Positions 35,980 to 45,724 of a DNA stretch of 64,000 bases are shown one piece after another. A program made the position numbers and the translations under genes. This stretch comes from an uncultured virus (IMG/VR IMGVR_UViG_3300031759_000004). Its lineage: Duplodnaviria; Heunggongvirae; Uroviricota; Caudoviricetes. The notes beneath the pieces were generated by a model. It was not told the DNA's origin. It saw nothing but the letters and a program-made list of their open reading frames with translations, and did not search any database. The stretch is from IMG/VR virus record IMGVR_UViG_3300031759_000004, positions 62,001 to 126,000 of that record. The stretch is one strand, 5' to 3'. Every line of letters begins with the position of its first letter. The stretch's first letter is position 1.

Positions 35980-36783
35980 TTAGTTCGTGGCCACGACCGC
36001 TGCGTCGACTTCCACCGTGCCCGCCGTAACCTTCTCCGCTGCGGTCGTGGTGGCGAAGCCCACCTGGGCGTCCATTAAACCGCTTAGACGGATGGACCGT
36101 TGCGGCAGAAGGGTCAGGCTGGTCTCTTTGTAAACTTCCGTGAACGCGTTGTGCAGACGCCAGGCGGACTTGTCCTTGGCAAATTCCGGGTGCCGGGGCG
36201 TGCGCCATTCCTTGAGGATGGACGGAATCTGCTGGAGCGTGCAGGCGTTAATGTCCGTGGCGCGGATGATGAAGTCGTGGGCGGTGGAGTCGGTCAGCAT
36301 CGTCTGCTTGTACTGGGCGATGCGGTCGTTCATGACGGACCACTTCTGGGCGAGCAGCCCGACGGCGTTGCCGGTGAGCTTCGGGAGGTCCTGCTCGATG
36401 AACCGGGTGTGCTTGCGGGCGATGGTAATCTCGCCGCTGAAGCTGAGGTTGTCGCACACGAACACGCTGGCCCCGACGGCGAGGGAGGCGGTGAAGGCTT
36501 TGTCGTGGGCGTTGCGCAGGCCCAGGACGTAGGCGTAGTCGTCCGCCGTCTTCTGGCAGTTGGCCACGCGCAGGAGGCCGAAGTAGCGGTCGCCGTTCTT
36601 GGTGAGCGCGTGCGCCTGCTCCATGACGCGCATGTTCAGGCTGCCCAGCGCCTGCTCGACCCGGGAGATCAGGGTCTCGTGGGCGATGGGATACCAGGTA
36701 TCGGTGGGCGAGGGGGTTTTGACTTCCATGACCTGTTCGCGCGTCACGTTGTGGGCACCGCAATGTAGCATCAGACCGTTCAT
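35980..36783 (-). CDS. DUF932-family protein
   Basis: 'TWYPIAH', 'LGLRNAHD', 'VFVCDNL.F', 'RKHT', 'SAWRLHNAFTE'. Confidence 0.8.
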   Translation of the reverse strand: MNGLMLHCGAHNVTREQVMEVKTPSPTDTWYPIAHETLISRVEQALGSLNMRVMEQAHALTKNGDRYFGLLRVANCQKTADDYAYVLGLRNAHDKAFTASLAVGASVFVCDNLSFSGEITIARKHTRFIEQDLPKLTGNAVGLLAQKWSVMNDRIAQYKQTMLTDSTAHDFIIRATDINACTLQQIPSILKEWRTPRHPEFAKDKSAWRLHNAFTEVYKETSLTLLPQRSIRLSGLMDAQVGFATTTAAEKVTAGTVEVDAAVVATN

Positions 36784-36837
36784 ATTTTTCCTGTGTTTGA
36801 TTGTTTAAGTTTAGACGTTGTTGACTGTCACGTGTCC

Positions 36838-36866
36838 AATGTAGACGAAAAATCCAAACTCGTCAA
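36838..36866 (-). promoter_or_regulatory. Host sigma70-type early promoter
   Basis: TTGACG-17 nt-TACATT; shares TTTCGTCTACATT with 3075..3103. Confidence 0.75.
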
Positions 36867-36939
36867 CATAAAATTTTAACAAAGTTTTACCAGGGCCAAA
36901 AGCGGCCTGTTTGCGCCGGTAGTTAGGGCAACGAAATAT

Positions 36940-37422
36940 ATGCCAGCAAAAAGTAGCGCACAGTGGCGGGCCATGCAGGCCGCCAAGCACAGTCCGGCCA
37001 GCAAGCTCTACGGAGCGGCCAAGGACATCAAACGGTCCATGAAGCCGGGCGACTTGGAGGATTTCACGCACCGGAAGCCCAAGGGTCTGCCAGACCATGT
37101 CCAGCACGAGGCCCTGCCGCTGACCGCCCGGGAGCTGTTCCAGCGCCAGTGGGCGCTGGAGGGCCGCGACGATCTGGCGGACCACAGCAAGGTCAACGTG
37201 GAGCCGGAGACGCGCAGCTACGCCCGGATGACGTCCAAGGACGTGATGGACCAGCCCGGTGGAACGGCGAGGAAGTGGACCAAATCCCTGAACCTGCGCA
37301 AGGCGATCACCAACCAGCGCGGCTTGAAGGGTTTCACGAACCAGGACAAGGGCCAGACCACAAGCGGCGGTAAGCTGAAGGAAAGCACGCCGGAGTCGGT
37401 GGTTAACCGGTTGTTGGCTTAG
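36940..37422 (+). CDS. Basic hypothetical protein (DUF3008-like N-terminus), C-terminal 'ESVVNRLL' motif
   Basis: 'MPAKSSAQWRAM...KGLPDHV'; GTAGTTA at 36919. Confidence 0.65.
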   Translation: MPAKSSAQWRAMQAAKHSPASKLYGAAKDIKRSMKPGDLEDFTHRKPKGLPDHVQHEALPLTARELFQRQWALEGRDDLADHSKVNVEPETRSYARMTSKDVMDQPGGTARKWTKSLNLRKAITNQRGLKGFTNQDKGQTTSGGKLKESTPESVVNRLLA

Positions 37423-37679
37423 CCTCCGTTTACGACGATGCTGCCGATGACTAATCCGACGACAATGAGGACCACCAAGAGCGCGAAGGCCCTGTCCTCC
37501 GCGTCTAGTTGCGCGGAACGCACACGGCGGGCAGCTTCCAGTTTTGTTAATCGCCGCCGGTCGGCGCGCGTGAGCGGAGTGTATACCTGGATTGGTGGAG
37601 GTGGTTGTGGCTTTTCCAGCCTACGCGAGCTAAGCGCATGACCGATCACAAAGCCAGCGGTGAATGGATTAACGATCAT
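37419..37679 (-). CDS. Small membrane protein
   Basis: C-terminal TM helix; TTGACA-16-TACATT promoter at 37686..37713 (minus). Confidence 0.6.
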   Translation of the reverse strand: MIVNPFTAGFVIGHALSSRRLEKPQPPPPIQVYTPLTRADRRRLTKLEAARRVRSAQLDAEDRAFALLVVLIVVGLVIGSIVVNGG

Positions 37680-37725
37680 AGCGTAAATGTATACGTTTAA
37701 TTGAATCTGTCAACATTAAATAACC

Positions 37726-39966
37726 ATGCCCGGTGAATTTTCAGAGCTAACAGAGCACGCCCACAAACTGGCGGAGCATCTGGAGCGCGGTCAAAAGGCG
37801 GCGCACGGCATCTCCTTTTCCGTTACCCAGCTCGCGGCTTTGACGGTTGGAATGGATGCCCTCAAGCACGCCGTTACTCACGTCGTGCAAGAGACACGGA
37901 TGTACCAAGCACTCTCTAAAGTTCTTACGTCTGAAGCTTCTCAACTGACTGAACTGAAAAAGTCCGAAGCTGTTTTTGACGGTTTAGTCCATACGGCTCA
38001 AATCGGCTACAACCGAGCACGGAAGGCCAGTCGGAAAGAGGAACAGGCTCAGATACTGGAAACGTACAAGGCAGGCCGTGAACACGTACGCGCTCAAATA
38101 CAGGCGGCGGAAATTTGGCAGAAATACGACAAGCTTAAACTGTTGGCGCTGGCGGCCCTCACAGGTATGGCGGCTGACCTTGTGCTCAAGGAAAGCCAGT
38201 TAAACCAGAATCTTATCGAGGCTAATGCCAGCTGGGAGACCCGGGGCGGTCTGATGCGGCGGACTTTGGCTACGCAGACGGAGCTGGGCACGAGTTTTGA
38301 ATTGGCGACCAGCGCCGCACGGGCGCTGGTTCACTACAGCATGGATACGGAGCGCACTTTCGCCGATAACCTGCGCATCGTCAATCAAATGGAGCAGGGC
38401 CTGGGCGTGGAAGTGGACACGGCGGCCCGCCTGGCTTCCATCGTGGAGCGGCAGCTTAAGGGTTCGTTCAGCGGCGTGGCCGACGTGGTGGCTCAGCTGG
38501 TGGACGACACGGCACTGGCGGGCAATGAGGCGGCCAAACTGGCCGAGTCGCTGGCCAATGTCATGGGTCGTCTACGGCCTGGCCTTGGTGCCGCCGGGTT
38601 GCCGGAAGTGCTCAAGCTGGTCGGGCGCTACGAGGGCGCGTTGAAAGAAGTCGGCGGTGTTCCCGGCACCGTGGAGGAGCTGGTCAGCAAGCTGACCACG
38701 CCGGAAGGTTTGACGGGCGCGGGCATCCTGGGCGTTCAGCCGGAGTTTGTGGCCACGTCACAGGGCGTCCAGACGGTCATGGATCGTTTTGCCGCGTACG
38801 GCAAAAGCCTGGTCGGACAGTCGCAGGGTTGGGATCGGCAGTTCCGGCTCAACATCCTGGGTGAGATGTTCAACATGTCGGCTCAGCAGGCGAACCAGCT
38901 GATCATGGCGATTGACCGGGCCAACAAGCAGCAGGTCGGCACCATCTCGCTTCAGGATCGCTGGCGGGAGCAGATGCACGCCACCAACGCCGGGATTACG
39001 CGCATCGTCGAGTCGCTAAAGGGCTTGTTCCAGCAGGCACTGTACTACGTGACGCCTGGGATCAGCTACGTCGTAAACAAGTTGGCGGATTTAACGGGCT
39101 GGCTGGCTAAAAGCAAAGTCGCAGTGGCTGTTGCTGGGGCCGCGTTGGCGGTTGGCGTTGGATGGGCTGTGATCGGCTTGGGATCGTTGGTCAAGAGCCT
39201 GTACGCAGTCGCGGTTTCAGCGGGCATAGCCGCCCGAAGCGCGGCTGCCCTGGCCGTGGCCCAGGCGGCGGGCAACACCGGAAGTGTCGGCGGCATTCTA
39301 GGAAAAATTCCCGGGTACACCGCAGCCGCGCCGACTTTTAGCGGCATGCTGGGGTCGTTGCGGCTGATCTGGGCGATGCTCCGTTTTACCGCCCTGGGTC
39401 CGCTGGCTGTCATCGCCGCAGGCGTTGCCATAATTAGCGGCATGGTGTACCACATCTACCAGATCAACAAGGCGACCGCTGAGGCGCAGGCCAATTCCCG
39501 CAAGGTGGAGTTCGACAAGGCGACGCTGCTGGCCGACCGCACCAAATCCAATCTGTATCGGGAGGCCCGCTTCGGCACCGCCAGCGGGGTGGAGTACCAG
39601 CTGAACAAACTGTACAGCCAGGCCATCCCGATGTTTCAAAGCATCGAAGACCCGCGCGAGCGCAGCGCCAAAATGAAGCAGTGGATGGACGAGCAGCAGG
39701 TGGTGGCGGCGGAAGCGATTGCGCGCGGCGTCTACACCCGTGGCATGTTTCAGACGGTGCAACAGCGTGGCCTGCCGCAAGTGCTCAAGGACAAAGAGCT
39801 GCTTGATGTCACTAAAAAGCAGGGACTCATTGCGGAGAAGCACCTGACCTGGGCGGAGAAGCGCTTCAAACAGGCGGAGGACAGCAGCCGCGATGTCGAA
39901 GTCGAGCGGGCCAAGCAGAATTCAACCTGGCGACAATGGCAAAAATCCGGAGAACTGTCAGACTAG
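37726..39966 (+). CDS. Probable tail tape measure protein
   Basis: 746 aa, helical, Ala/Gly-rich hydrophobic segments; followed by baseplate-type gene. Confidence 0.65.
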   Translation: MPGEFSELTEHAHKLAEHLERGQKAAHGISFSVTQLAALTVGMDALKHAVTHVVQETRMYQALSKVLTSEASQLTELKKSEAVFDGLVHTAQIGYNRARKASRKEEQAQILETYKAGREHVRAQIQAAEIWQKYDKLKLLALAALTGMAADLVLKESQLNQNLIEANASWETRGGLMRRTLATQTELGTSFELATSAARALVHYSMDTERTFADNLRIVNQMEQGLGVEVDTAARLASIVERQLKGSFSGVADVVAQLVDDTALAGNEAAKLAESLANVMGRLRPGLGAAGLPEVLKLVGRYEGALKEVGGVPGTVEELVSKLTTPEGLTGAGILGVQPEFVATSQGVQTVMDRFAAYGKSLVGQSQGWDRQFRLNILGEMFNMSAQQANQLIMAIDRANKQQVGTISLQDRWREQMHATNAGITRIVESLKGLFQQALYYVTPGISYVVNKLADLTGWLAKSKVAVAVAGAALAVGVGWAVIGLGSLVKSLYAVAVSAGIAARSAAALAVAQAAGNTGSVGGILGKIPGYTAAAPTFSGMLGSLRLIWAMLRFTALGPLAVIAAGVAIISGMVYHIYQINKATAEAQANSRKVEFDKATLLADRTKSNLYREARFGTASGVEYQLNKLYSQAIPMFQSIEDPRERSAKMKQWMDEQQVVAAEAIARGVYTRGMFQTVQQRGLPQVLKDKELLDVTKKQGLIAEKHLTWAEKRFKQAEDSSRDVEVERAKQNSTWRQWQKSGELSD

Positions 39967-39969
39967 CCT

Positions 39970-40836
39970 ATGGACATTAACATTCGACGCGACGACCAGC
40001 TGCTGTTTGGCAGGCTGGTGGCCATGCCCAGCACCAACTCGCTGTACGCGCTCAAAAACGCGCAGGGTGGTCAGGGGTACGCCAACACGATCTCCGTAGA
40101 CTTTCCCGCCATGCCGGATGTGCTGGAGCTGGCCCGGTCGGCGGATTACGTGGTCAACTACGCGCCCAACATGCCCGACGGCATCCACCAGTACAAGGGC
40201 ACCAAGCCCATGGAGCTGCCGCTGAGCTTTAAGCTCCACTTCATGGACAGCCAGTACTGCAAGGAGGGCGGACTGACACTGCTTAAGTTGGCGGCCAGGC
40301 TGCATTCGTTCATTCTGCCTGTCAGCACTTTCAATCGGGGTGTTACAGTTGCCCCGGTCGCCGGGACGAGCAGTGACCTGACCGGCAAGGCCACCGATCC
40401 TTCTAGTCAGTCAGCGGCCTCCCAGGAGCAGGTGTACAGCGTCCAGCGCACCAGCAGCGACACCAACGGCATGATCACCAGCCCGGTGACCTGCTGGTTG
40501 AACCTGATCTGGATCGCCCAGGGCAGTGTCGGCATTTCCTGCATCGGCTACGTCAAGGATGTGAAGGTGGTTTTTGGCGGACCCTGGAACCGGGGTCCCA
40601 GCAGCAGCTTCAACGTGCCGACCTCGGCGGAATACAGCTTTACCTTTGTCCACAACCCGGGCTACGGCAACTCGCAGAACATCAGCACGTCGAACTTTCC
40701 GACGACGGTGTCGGAAACGCCTCAGACGTACGCTGACGACGTCAAGGGCCTGCTGTACAACACACGCAGCCTGGTGTACGCGGCCAACTATCAAGGCTTT
40801 GGCCAGGGCAACGACACCCAGTCCCCGTACGAGTGA
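39970..40836 (+). CDS. Probable baseplate/tail-tube initiator protein
   Basis: 'HQYKGT..MELPLSFKL', 'CIGYVKDVKVVFGGPW...PTSAEYSFTF' tube-like beta fold; follows tape measure. Confidence 0.5.
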   Translation: MDINIRRDDQLLFGRLVAMPSTNSLYALKNAQGGQGYANTISVDFPAMPDVLELARSADYVVNYAPNMPDGIHQYKGTKPMELPLSFKLHFMDSQYCKEGGLTLLKLAARLHSFILPVSTFNRGVTVAPVAGTSSDLTGKATDPSSQSAASQEQVYSVQRTSSDTNGMITSPVTCWLNLIWIAQGSVGISCIGYVKDVKVVFGGPWNRGPSSSFNVPTSAEYSFTFVHNPGYGNSQNISTSNFPTTVSETPQTYADDVKGLLYNTRSLVYAANYQGFGQGNDTQSPYE

Positions 40837-42783
40837 TCAGCGCCAGCGGATGGTGCTGGCCACCTGGTCGCGCTTGTGCTTCTCCACGATCAGCACGTGG
40901 TCGGCGTAGTTGGCGGCCACCGGGTTGTGGTCCACCAGGAACACCAGGATGCCCAGGCGCTGGGCCACGTCTTTCATGTAGCTGTAGATGCTCTGGCATA
41001 CCTTCGGGTCCTGATGGGGCAGGATTTCGTCATACCACCGGAATCCCAGCCGCCGCGAAACCTGGCCGACTTCGGACAGCGTTTCGGCGATGATGAAGTT
41101 GGTCAGGCCGCCCTCGCCTTTGGAACTGCCTGCCAGTTCCTTGTCGCCCAGTTTGTTGTCTACTTCCACGTGGAGCTGCGCCTTCTCCTGGCCGCTGGCC
41201 AGCTCCCGGACCGTGCTGAAGCGGATGTCGATGGTGCCGCCGGTCATGGCCGCTGACACGCGCCGGGCCTCGTGGTTGAGCGGTCCGATGGCTTCCCGCA
41301 GCACCAGGTTGGGAATGCCGTAGGAGGAGAAAGCGGTGTACCAGTATTTGATCACCTTCGCGGTGAAGTCATTCTGGGTCACGCTCACCGCCGCCGCGTC
41401 CAGCTTGTCCTGGCACTTTTGCAGGTACGCCTTGGAGGCTTTCAAGGTGGTGGCCGCTCTGACCACGTTGCTGTCCGAGGGCGGCGCTTTCAAGCCCGCC
41501 AGTTCCACGTCCAGGTCTTGGACGCGGTCTTCGTTGGCGTTTTGCTTTTCGACGAGGTCCTCGTAGTCGTCCGACAGCTGCTTGACCTCGTCGCTGGCCG
41601 ACGCTTCGCTGAACTCCTTGCGCAGGTCGCGCAGCGACTGCTGCTTGGCCTTGATCTTCTCGTTAAGCTGGCTGAGCTGTTCGTTGATCTCGTTGAAGGC
41701 GTTACAACCCTTCTGGTAGGCAGCTTCCAGCTCCTGCTGGCGCTCCGGGTCCAGTTTTCCACGGGGCCGGTTGCAGGTCGGACAGTTGGCCGCCGAGGAC
41801 AGGTAATTCTGCCTGGCGGTGCGCGTGGTGGACATGGTCTCCTGGCGCGTGTCACGTGTTTTAAGGAGTTTTTCCTTTTCGTCGTCCAGGGCGGTCAGGA
41901 CGTCTTCTACCTTGTGGATGTTGATTTCAATGTCGTGGGACTTTTTGGCGCGCTCGTCCTCCATGAGTTTCAGCTGGGTCTTGATCTCCTGCATTTTGGC
42001 GCTGATCTCCTTCAGGCGATTCTCCAGATTGACTTTGCGCTGGCGTACTTCGTTGATTTTGGCCTCGTGGTTGTCCAGGTTGCGCTGGTGCTCTTCTTTG
42101 GCGGCCAGATACGCGTCCTTGGCCGCGTCCAGGTCGCGCTGGGCGTCGGTTAGGTTTTCGATGGCGGTGGCGTGGGCCTGGCTGTCCTTGGCGGCGGTAA
42201 CCTGGAACTCGCCCGACTTTTTCTTCAGGATTTCAAAGTAGCTGGACCATTCTGGCTGGCGGAGCGCCGCCATGACGAGGCTGACGCTGTCCGCCTGGGA
42301 CAGCCGATTGAACTTGAGCCGCTCGCCGTCGATGAAGGCCGTCCAGTCCGCCAGCTGCGGAGACACGCCCAACAGCTTGGCCAGCTGGGCGCGTGTCTCC
42401 TGCATGCGCCCGCGCTCGACCCGGGTGCCGCCGTGGGTGTAGCTCAGGGCCTCGCCGGAGCTTTGAAATTCGTCGCAGGCGTACCCGGCTTCCACCAGCA
42501 GCGGCTTGCCCAGCAGTTCGGCCTCCAGACGGACGTACAGGTCGCCCTGCTTGTCCAGGCTATACTGCTTGGCGCTGGTGAACCGGCCTGTGATGCCCAG
42601 CAGGGTGCGGCACAAAGCTTCGCCCACGGCGGTCTTACCCGATCCCACCGAGGCCAGGGCACCGCCGGAGGCGGTGTTGAGGCCCTGGACCAGGATCAGG
42701 CCCTGGTCGGGGAACTCCAAATCCACATCACGGAACTTCATCCAGTTGCGCATTTTCAGGCGCTTGAGTTTTAAGTCAGCCAT
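40837..42783 (-). CDS. gp46: Recombination endonuclease ATPase subunit (gp46/SbcC/Rad50)
   Basis: Walker A 'GSGKT', coiled coil with 'CPTC' zinc hook, signature 'SSKGE', Walker B 'WYDE', 'LVDH'. Confidence 0.9.
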   Translation of the reverse strand: MADLKLKRLKMRNWMKFRDVDLEFPDQGLILVQGLNTASGGALASVGSGKTAVGEALCRTLLGITGRFTSAKQYSLDKQGDLYVRLEAELLGKPLLVEAGYACDEFQSSGEALSYTHGGTRVERGRMQETRAQLAKLLGVSPQLADWTAFIDGERLKFNRLSQADSVSLVMAALRQPEWSSYFEILKKKSGEFQVTAAKDSQAHATAIENLTDAQRDLDAAKDAYLAAKEEHQRNLDNHEAKINEVRQRKVNLENRLKEISAKMQEIKTQLKLMEDERAKKSHDIEINIHKVEDVLTALDDEKEKLLKTRDTRQETMSTTRTARQNYLSSAANCPTCNRPRGKLDPERQQELEAAYQKGCNAFNEINEQLSQLNEKIKAKQQSLRDLRKEFSEASASDEVKQLSDDYEDLVEKQNANEDRVQDLDVELAGLKAPPSDSNVVRAATTLKASKAYLQKCQDKLDAAAVSVTQNDFTAKVIKYWYTAFSSYGIPNLVLREAIGPLNHEARRVSAAMTGGTIDIRFSTVRELASGQEKAQLHVEVDNKLGDKELAGSSKGEGGLTNFIIAETLSEVGQVSRRLGFRWYDEILPHQDPKVCQSIYSYMKDVAQRLGILVFLVDHNPVAANYADHVLIVEKHKRDQVASTIRWR

Positions 42784-42815
42784 GCCTGCTTAGAACGGGT
42801 TCTCGTACTTAGGTC

Positions 42816-43610
42816 GTGGTAACCGCCGCACAAATTGTGGAACTGTTTCTGGAGGCCGAAGGGCCGGGTCCCGCCGTATACATGTACGGCCCGCACCTGC
42901 CTGAGCGCGGCAGTACGTTCGACAGCCTCATGCTGGCCGCTTCCTGGCTGCAAGGCCGCTACCCCAAGCCGGTGAGCCGGGAGGAGGTACAGCAGGCGCT
43001 GGACGAGATCGGCCTGCCGCACGGCTATACCCTGGTCCACGTGAAAGCGCCCAACGACATAATTGTATACGCCAGTAAGCTGCCCGCCCGGCTGCCCGCC
43101 GAGGCGGCCCAGGAGCTGGAGCAGCGCCTGAACCTGCCGCCGGACGCCCGGCTGATCTGGCGCTCCAACAGCCGCGACAATCGCGGCCAGCTCGTGAGCA
43201 TGGGTTCCGCCTTCGTCGGAGTCGAACCGGAGGAGAAGCAACCGGCGGCCCCGGCGCAAACGCCCAACCCGGCTCCGCAGGCGCAGGCGGTCGAAGCGCC
43301 GCCCGCCGAGCCGGACAACCGCCCCAAGGCGTCCCTGGGCCTGGCGTACGACCGGCGTTTCCGAGACGGCGTCTATGTGCTTTCGCCCACGGACAACGGG
43401 CCGGTGGCCTTGTCCGGCATCCAGGCCGGAGACATGATCGTGGCCATCCAGTACGACACGGCTTCCGGCCAGCGCAACGACCGGGTGACCACGCCCGAGG
43501 AGCTGGCCGACGCGCTGGCCCTGGTCCAGCCGGACACCCGGGTGGTGCTGACCGTGCGCCGAGGGCCGGACTACTTGAATTTCCCGGTAAAGCCCGTGTG
43601 GCCTGAATGA
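42816..43610 (+). CDS. Protein with C-terminal PDZ-like domain, N-terminal 'AQIVELFLEA' motif
   Basis: 'SLGL...GVYV....GPVALSGIQAGDMIVAI...VVLTVRRG'. Confidence 0.7.
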   Translation: MVTAAQIVELFLEAEGPGPAVYMYGPHLPERGSTFDSLMLAASWLQGRYPKPVSREEVQQALDEIGLPHGYTLVHVKAPNDIIVYASKLPARLPAEAAQELEQRLNLPPDARLIWRSNSRDNRGQLVSMGSAFVGVEPEEKQPAAPAQTPNPAPQAQAVEAPPAEPDNRPKASLGLAYDRRFRDGVYVLSPTDNGPVALSGIQAGDMIVAIQYDTASGQRNDRVTTPEELADALALVQPDTRVVLTVRRGPDYLNFPVKPVWPE

Positions 43611-45208
43611 CCATGCCCAGCGTGACCATCAGCCTGCCGCTCAGCCTGTGCGAGCGCCTGTCCTTCGACAAGCTCTTCCGGATTTCCGATCCGAAGCGGG
43701 TGTACCGCAGCTTCACCGTGCGCGGGCCGCCGCTGGAGATCGACAGCTACCAGGACACGGTTTACTACAGCTTCAATTTCAAGTCCAACCCCAGCACCAC
43801 GGGTCTGCGGCATCGCGGCTACATCAAGTTTTTCAAGCCGACGCGCAAGAACCCCAAGGACGTGCCCTTGCAGCACCTGGAGTGCGTGGTGGACTGCATG
43901 TGCCCGGACTTCCGCTACCGGTGGGCCTGGGCCAACAAGCAGCGCGGGTCCAGCGTGGTGGGTCCCAATTCGCTCAACCAGGCGTGGAACAAAGCACCCC
44001 GGATCACCAACCCTTCCGGTCGCCCGGGCCTGTGCAAGCACCTGCTGGCCGCCCGCCAGTACATCTACGGCCTGTTGTCGTCTTTTCCCGGGGATGAACC
44101 GGATACGGCGGAAAAGCTGAACCGCTTGACCAAGATCGCCACCAAGCGCTGGACCGATTTTGAGGGGGCCATGGCGGCGGCGCGCGAACGGGAGAAAGTC
44201 TACAAGGACCGCAAGCAGGCGCGCAACCTGGGCCTGATCCTGCCGCAGCCCGTCACCCCGGTGCGCCCGCCGGAGCCAACGTCTACAAAGGCCCCGCCCA
44301 AGCCCGGAGCGCCCAAGCCCGGCGAACCCAAGCCCAAGCCAGGCGCACCCCAACCGGCCAAGCCCGGGGCCGCCCAGCCGCCCACGGCTCCGCCGCCGGG
44401 AGCGCCGAAGAAACCGGCGCAGGGCGCGCGTCAAATGATCCAGCCCGAGCCGTTGCCGAAGCCGCTTCCAGCCAAGCCCGCTGTGAAAAAGCCCGCAACG
44501 GCTGCGCCGAAAACGTCTACAAACAAGGCCAAGCCGCGCCGGGTGCTGGGCAACCGGATCGTCAAGGGTATGATTCCCTCGCAGCAGTTTCCAGGCACCT
44601 GGGAGTCTGACGGGAGTAGCGTAGTTAGAGCAACAGGTCAACATGACAATATGAGCGCACTGAACGAAGCAAAATCACTGGTACAGGAATTGTACGATGA
44701 AGAATTGGCGGCCACCCAAGGTGCGCCATCAGGCGATGAATTTTCCCAACCCGACGGCGGGATGGACGAACTCGGCGCGCCGGATGAACCCATGGAACCG
44801 GCAGTAAGCGACGCCGCCGTGGGTGCGGACACCGAGGGCGAAACCGCCCTGGGCCTGTTGCGCCAGATGCGCGACTTGCTCGCCGACCTCACCGCCAACG
44901 TCACGGGCCAGGAGATTCCTGGTGCCGAGGGCGGCATGGACGGCATGGACGGCGGCATGGGCGCTGAAGGCGGCATGGGCGCTGAAGGTGAGTTGGGGGC
45001 TGAAGGTGAGCTGGGCGCTGAAGGCGGGATGGAAATGCCCGGCGAGCCGCCCGGTGATCTGCCGCCCGAGGGCGAGGCCGGAGGCGAAGGTGAAGCCAAC
45101 GAATTTGAACCGGAAGAGGAAGCGCCCGAGGAACCCAAAGGCGAGGAAGAGCCTGGTGAAAGCCGTCCGGAACCCAAGAAAAAGAAGGACAAGAAGGAAG
45201 AGGAGTAA
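43607..45208 (+). CDS. SWIM Zn-finger protein continuing in frame into an acidic protein (internal start 44651)
   Basis: 'VDCMCPDF...LCKHL'; Pro/Lys linker; Glu/Gly-rich C-part. Confidence 0.7.
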   Translation: MTMPSVTISLPLSLCERLSFDKLFRISDPKRVYRSFTVRGPPLEIDSYQDTVYYSFNFKSNPSTTGLRHRGYIKFFKPTRKNPKDVPLQHLECVVDCMCPDFRYRWAWANKQRGSSVVGPNSLNQAWNKAPRITNPSGRPGLCKHLLAARQYIYGLLSSFPGDEPDTAEKLNRLTKIATKRWTDFEGAMAAAREREKVYKDRKQARNLGLILPQPVTPVRPPEPTSTKAPPKPGAPKPGEPKPKPGAPQPAKPGAAQPPTAPPPGAPKKPAQGARQMIQPEPLPKPLPAKPAVKKPATAAPKTSTNKAKPRRVLGNRIVKGMIPSQQFPGTWESDGSSVVRATGQHDNMSALNEAKSLVQELYDEELAATQGAPSGDEFSQPDGGMDELGAPDEPMEPAVSDAAVGADTEGETALGLLRQMRDLLADLTANVTGQEIPGAEGGMDGMDGGMGAEGGMGAEGELGAEGELGAEGGMEMPGEPPGDLPPEGEAGGEGEANEFEPEEEAPEEPKGEEEPGESRPEPKKKKDKKEEE

Positions 45209-45250
45209 GCTCCTGGTCCGCTCTGTTCACCCTTTTTGCAGTTTTAATCT

Positions 45251-45724
45251 ATGAATCCAGGCGAATACTTAGCCCCAATGCCGCGTAAGACACTGGTGCA
45301 GTGTCCGGTTGTTTCAGGTTACGTCGCCGCCCGGTTGCAGGACCGGGACTGGTTCCCGGCTGCGACCTCCGGCATGCCGACCAGCATGCTGGTCACCTTC
45401 GAGAACGTGGGTAATACCAACTTCTCGGTCGTGCTCAACGAAGCGTCGGACCGGAGCACCGCAGGCACGCGGTACCCCCTGTACGGTTTTAGCGGCACGG
45501 CGGCTTACCTGGTTGCAGGCGGCCAGCAGACCTTGCTGTTGAACGGCCACCTGCCTTATCTTGAAGTGTACTGCACAGGCACAACCACCGGCCAGCTGCG
45601 CATGCAGATCGAGTCGCAGCGCCAGTGGAATCAACTGGGCTTTGACCGGCTGGATAACAGCAGCCTCACCGGCCAGTCGCCGACGCTGTGGGAAGCGGCA
45701 GAAATCCCCGGCCCGCTCACTTAA
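45251..45724 (+). CDS. Hypothetical beta-rich (virion?) protein
   Basis: 157 aa; composition similar to 54023..54376. Confidence 0.65.
   Translation: MNPGEYLAPMPRKTLVQCPVVSGYVAARLQDRDWFPAATSGMPTSMLVTFENVGNTNFSVVLNEASDRSTAGTRYPLYGFSGTAAYLVAGGQQTLLLNGHLPYLEVYCTGTTTGQLRMQIESQRQWNQLGFDRLDNSSLTGQSPTLWEAAEIPGPLT

Noticed and set aside
41162..41177. Partial parS-like matches (here and near 43033..43048)
   Set aside because: Three to four mismatches and inside coding sequence; compatible with chance.
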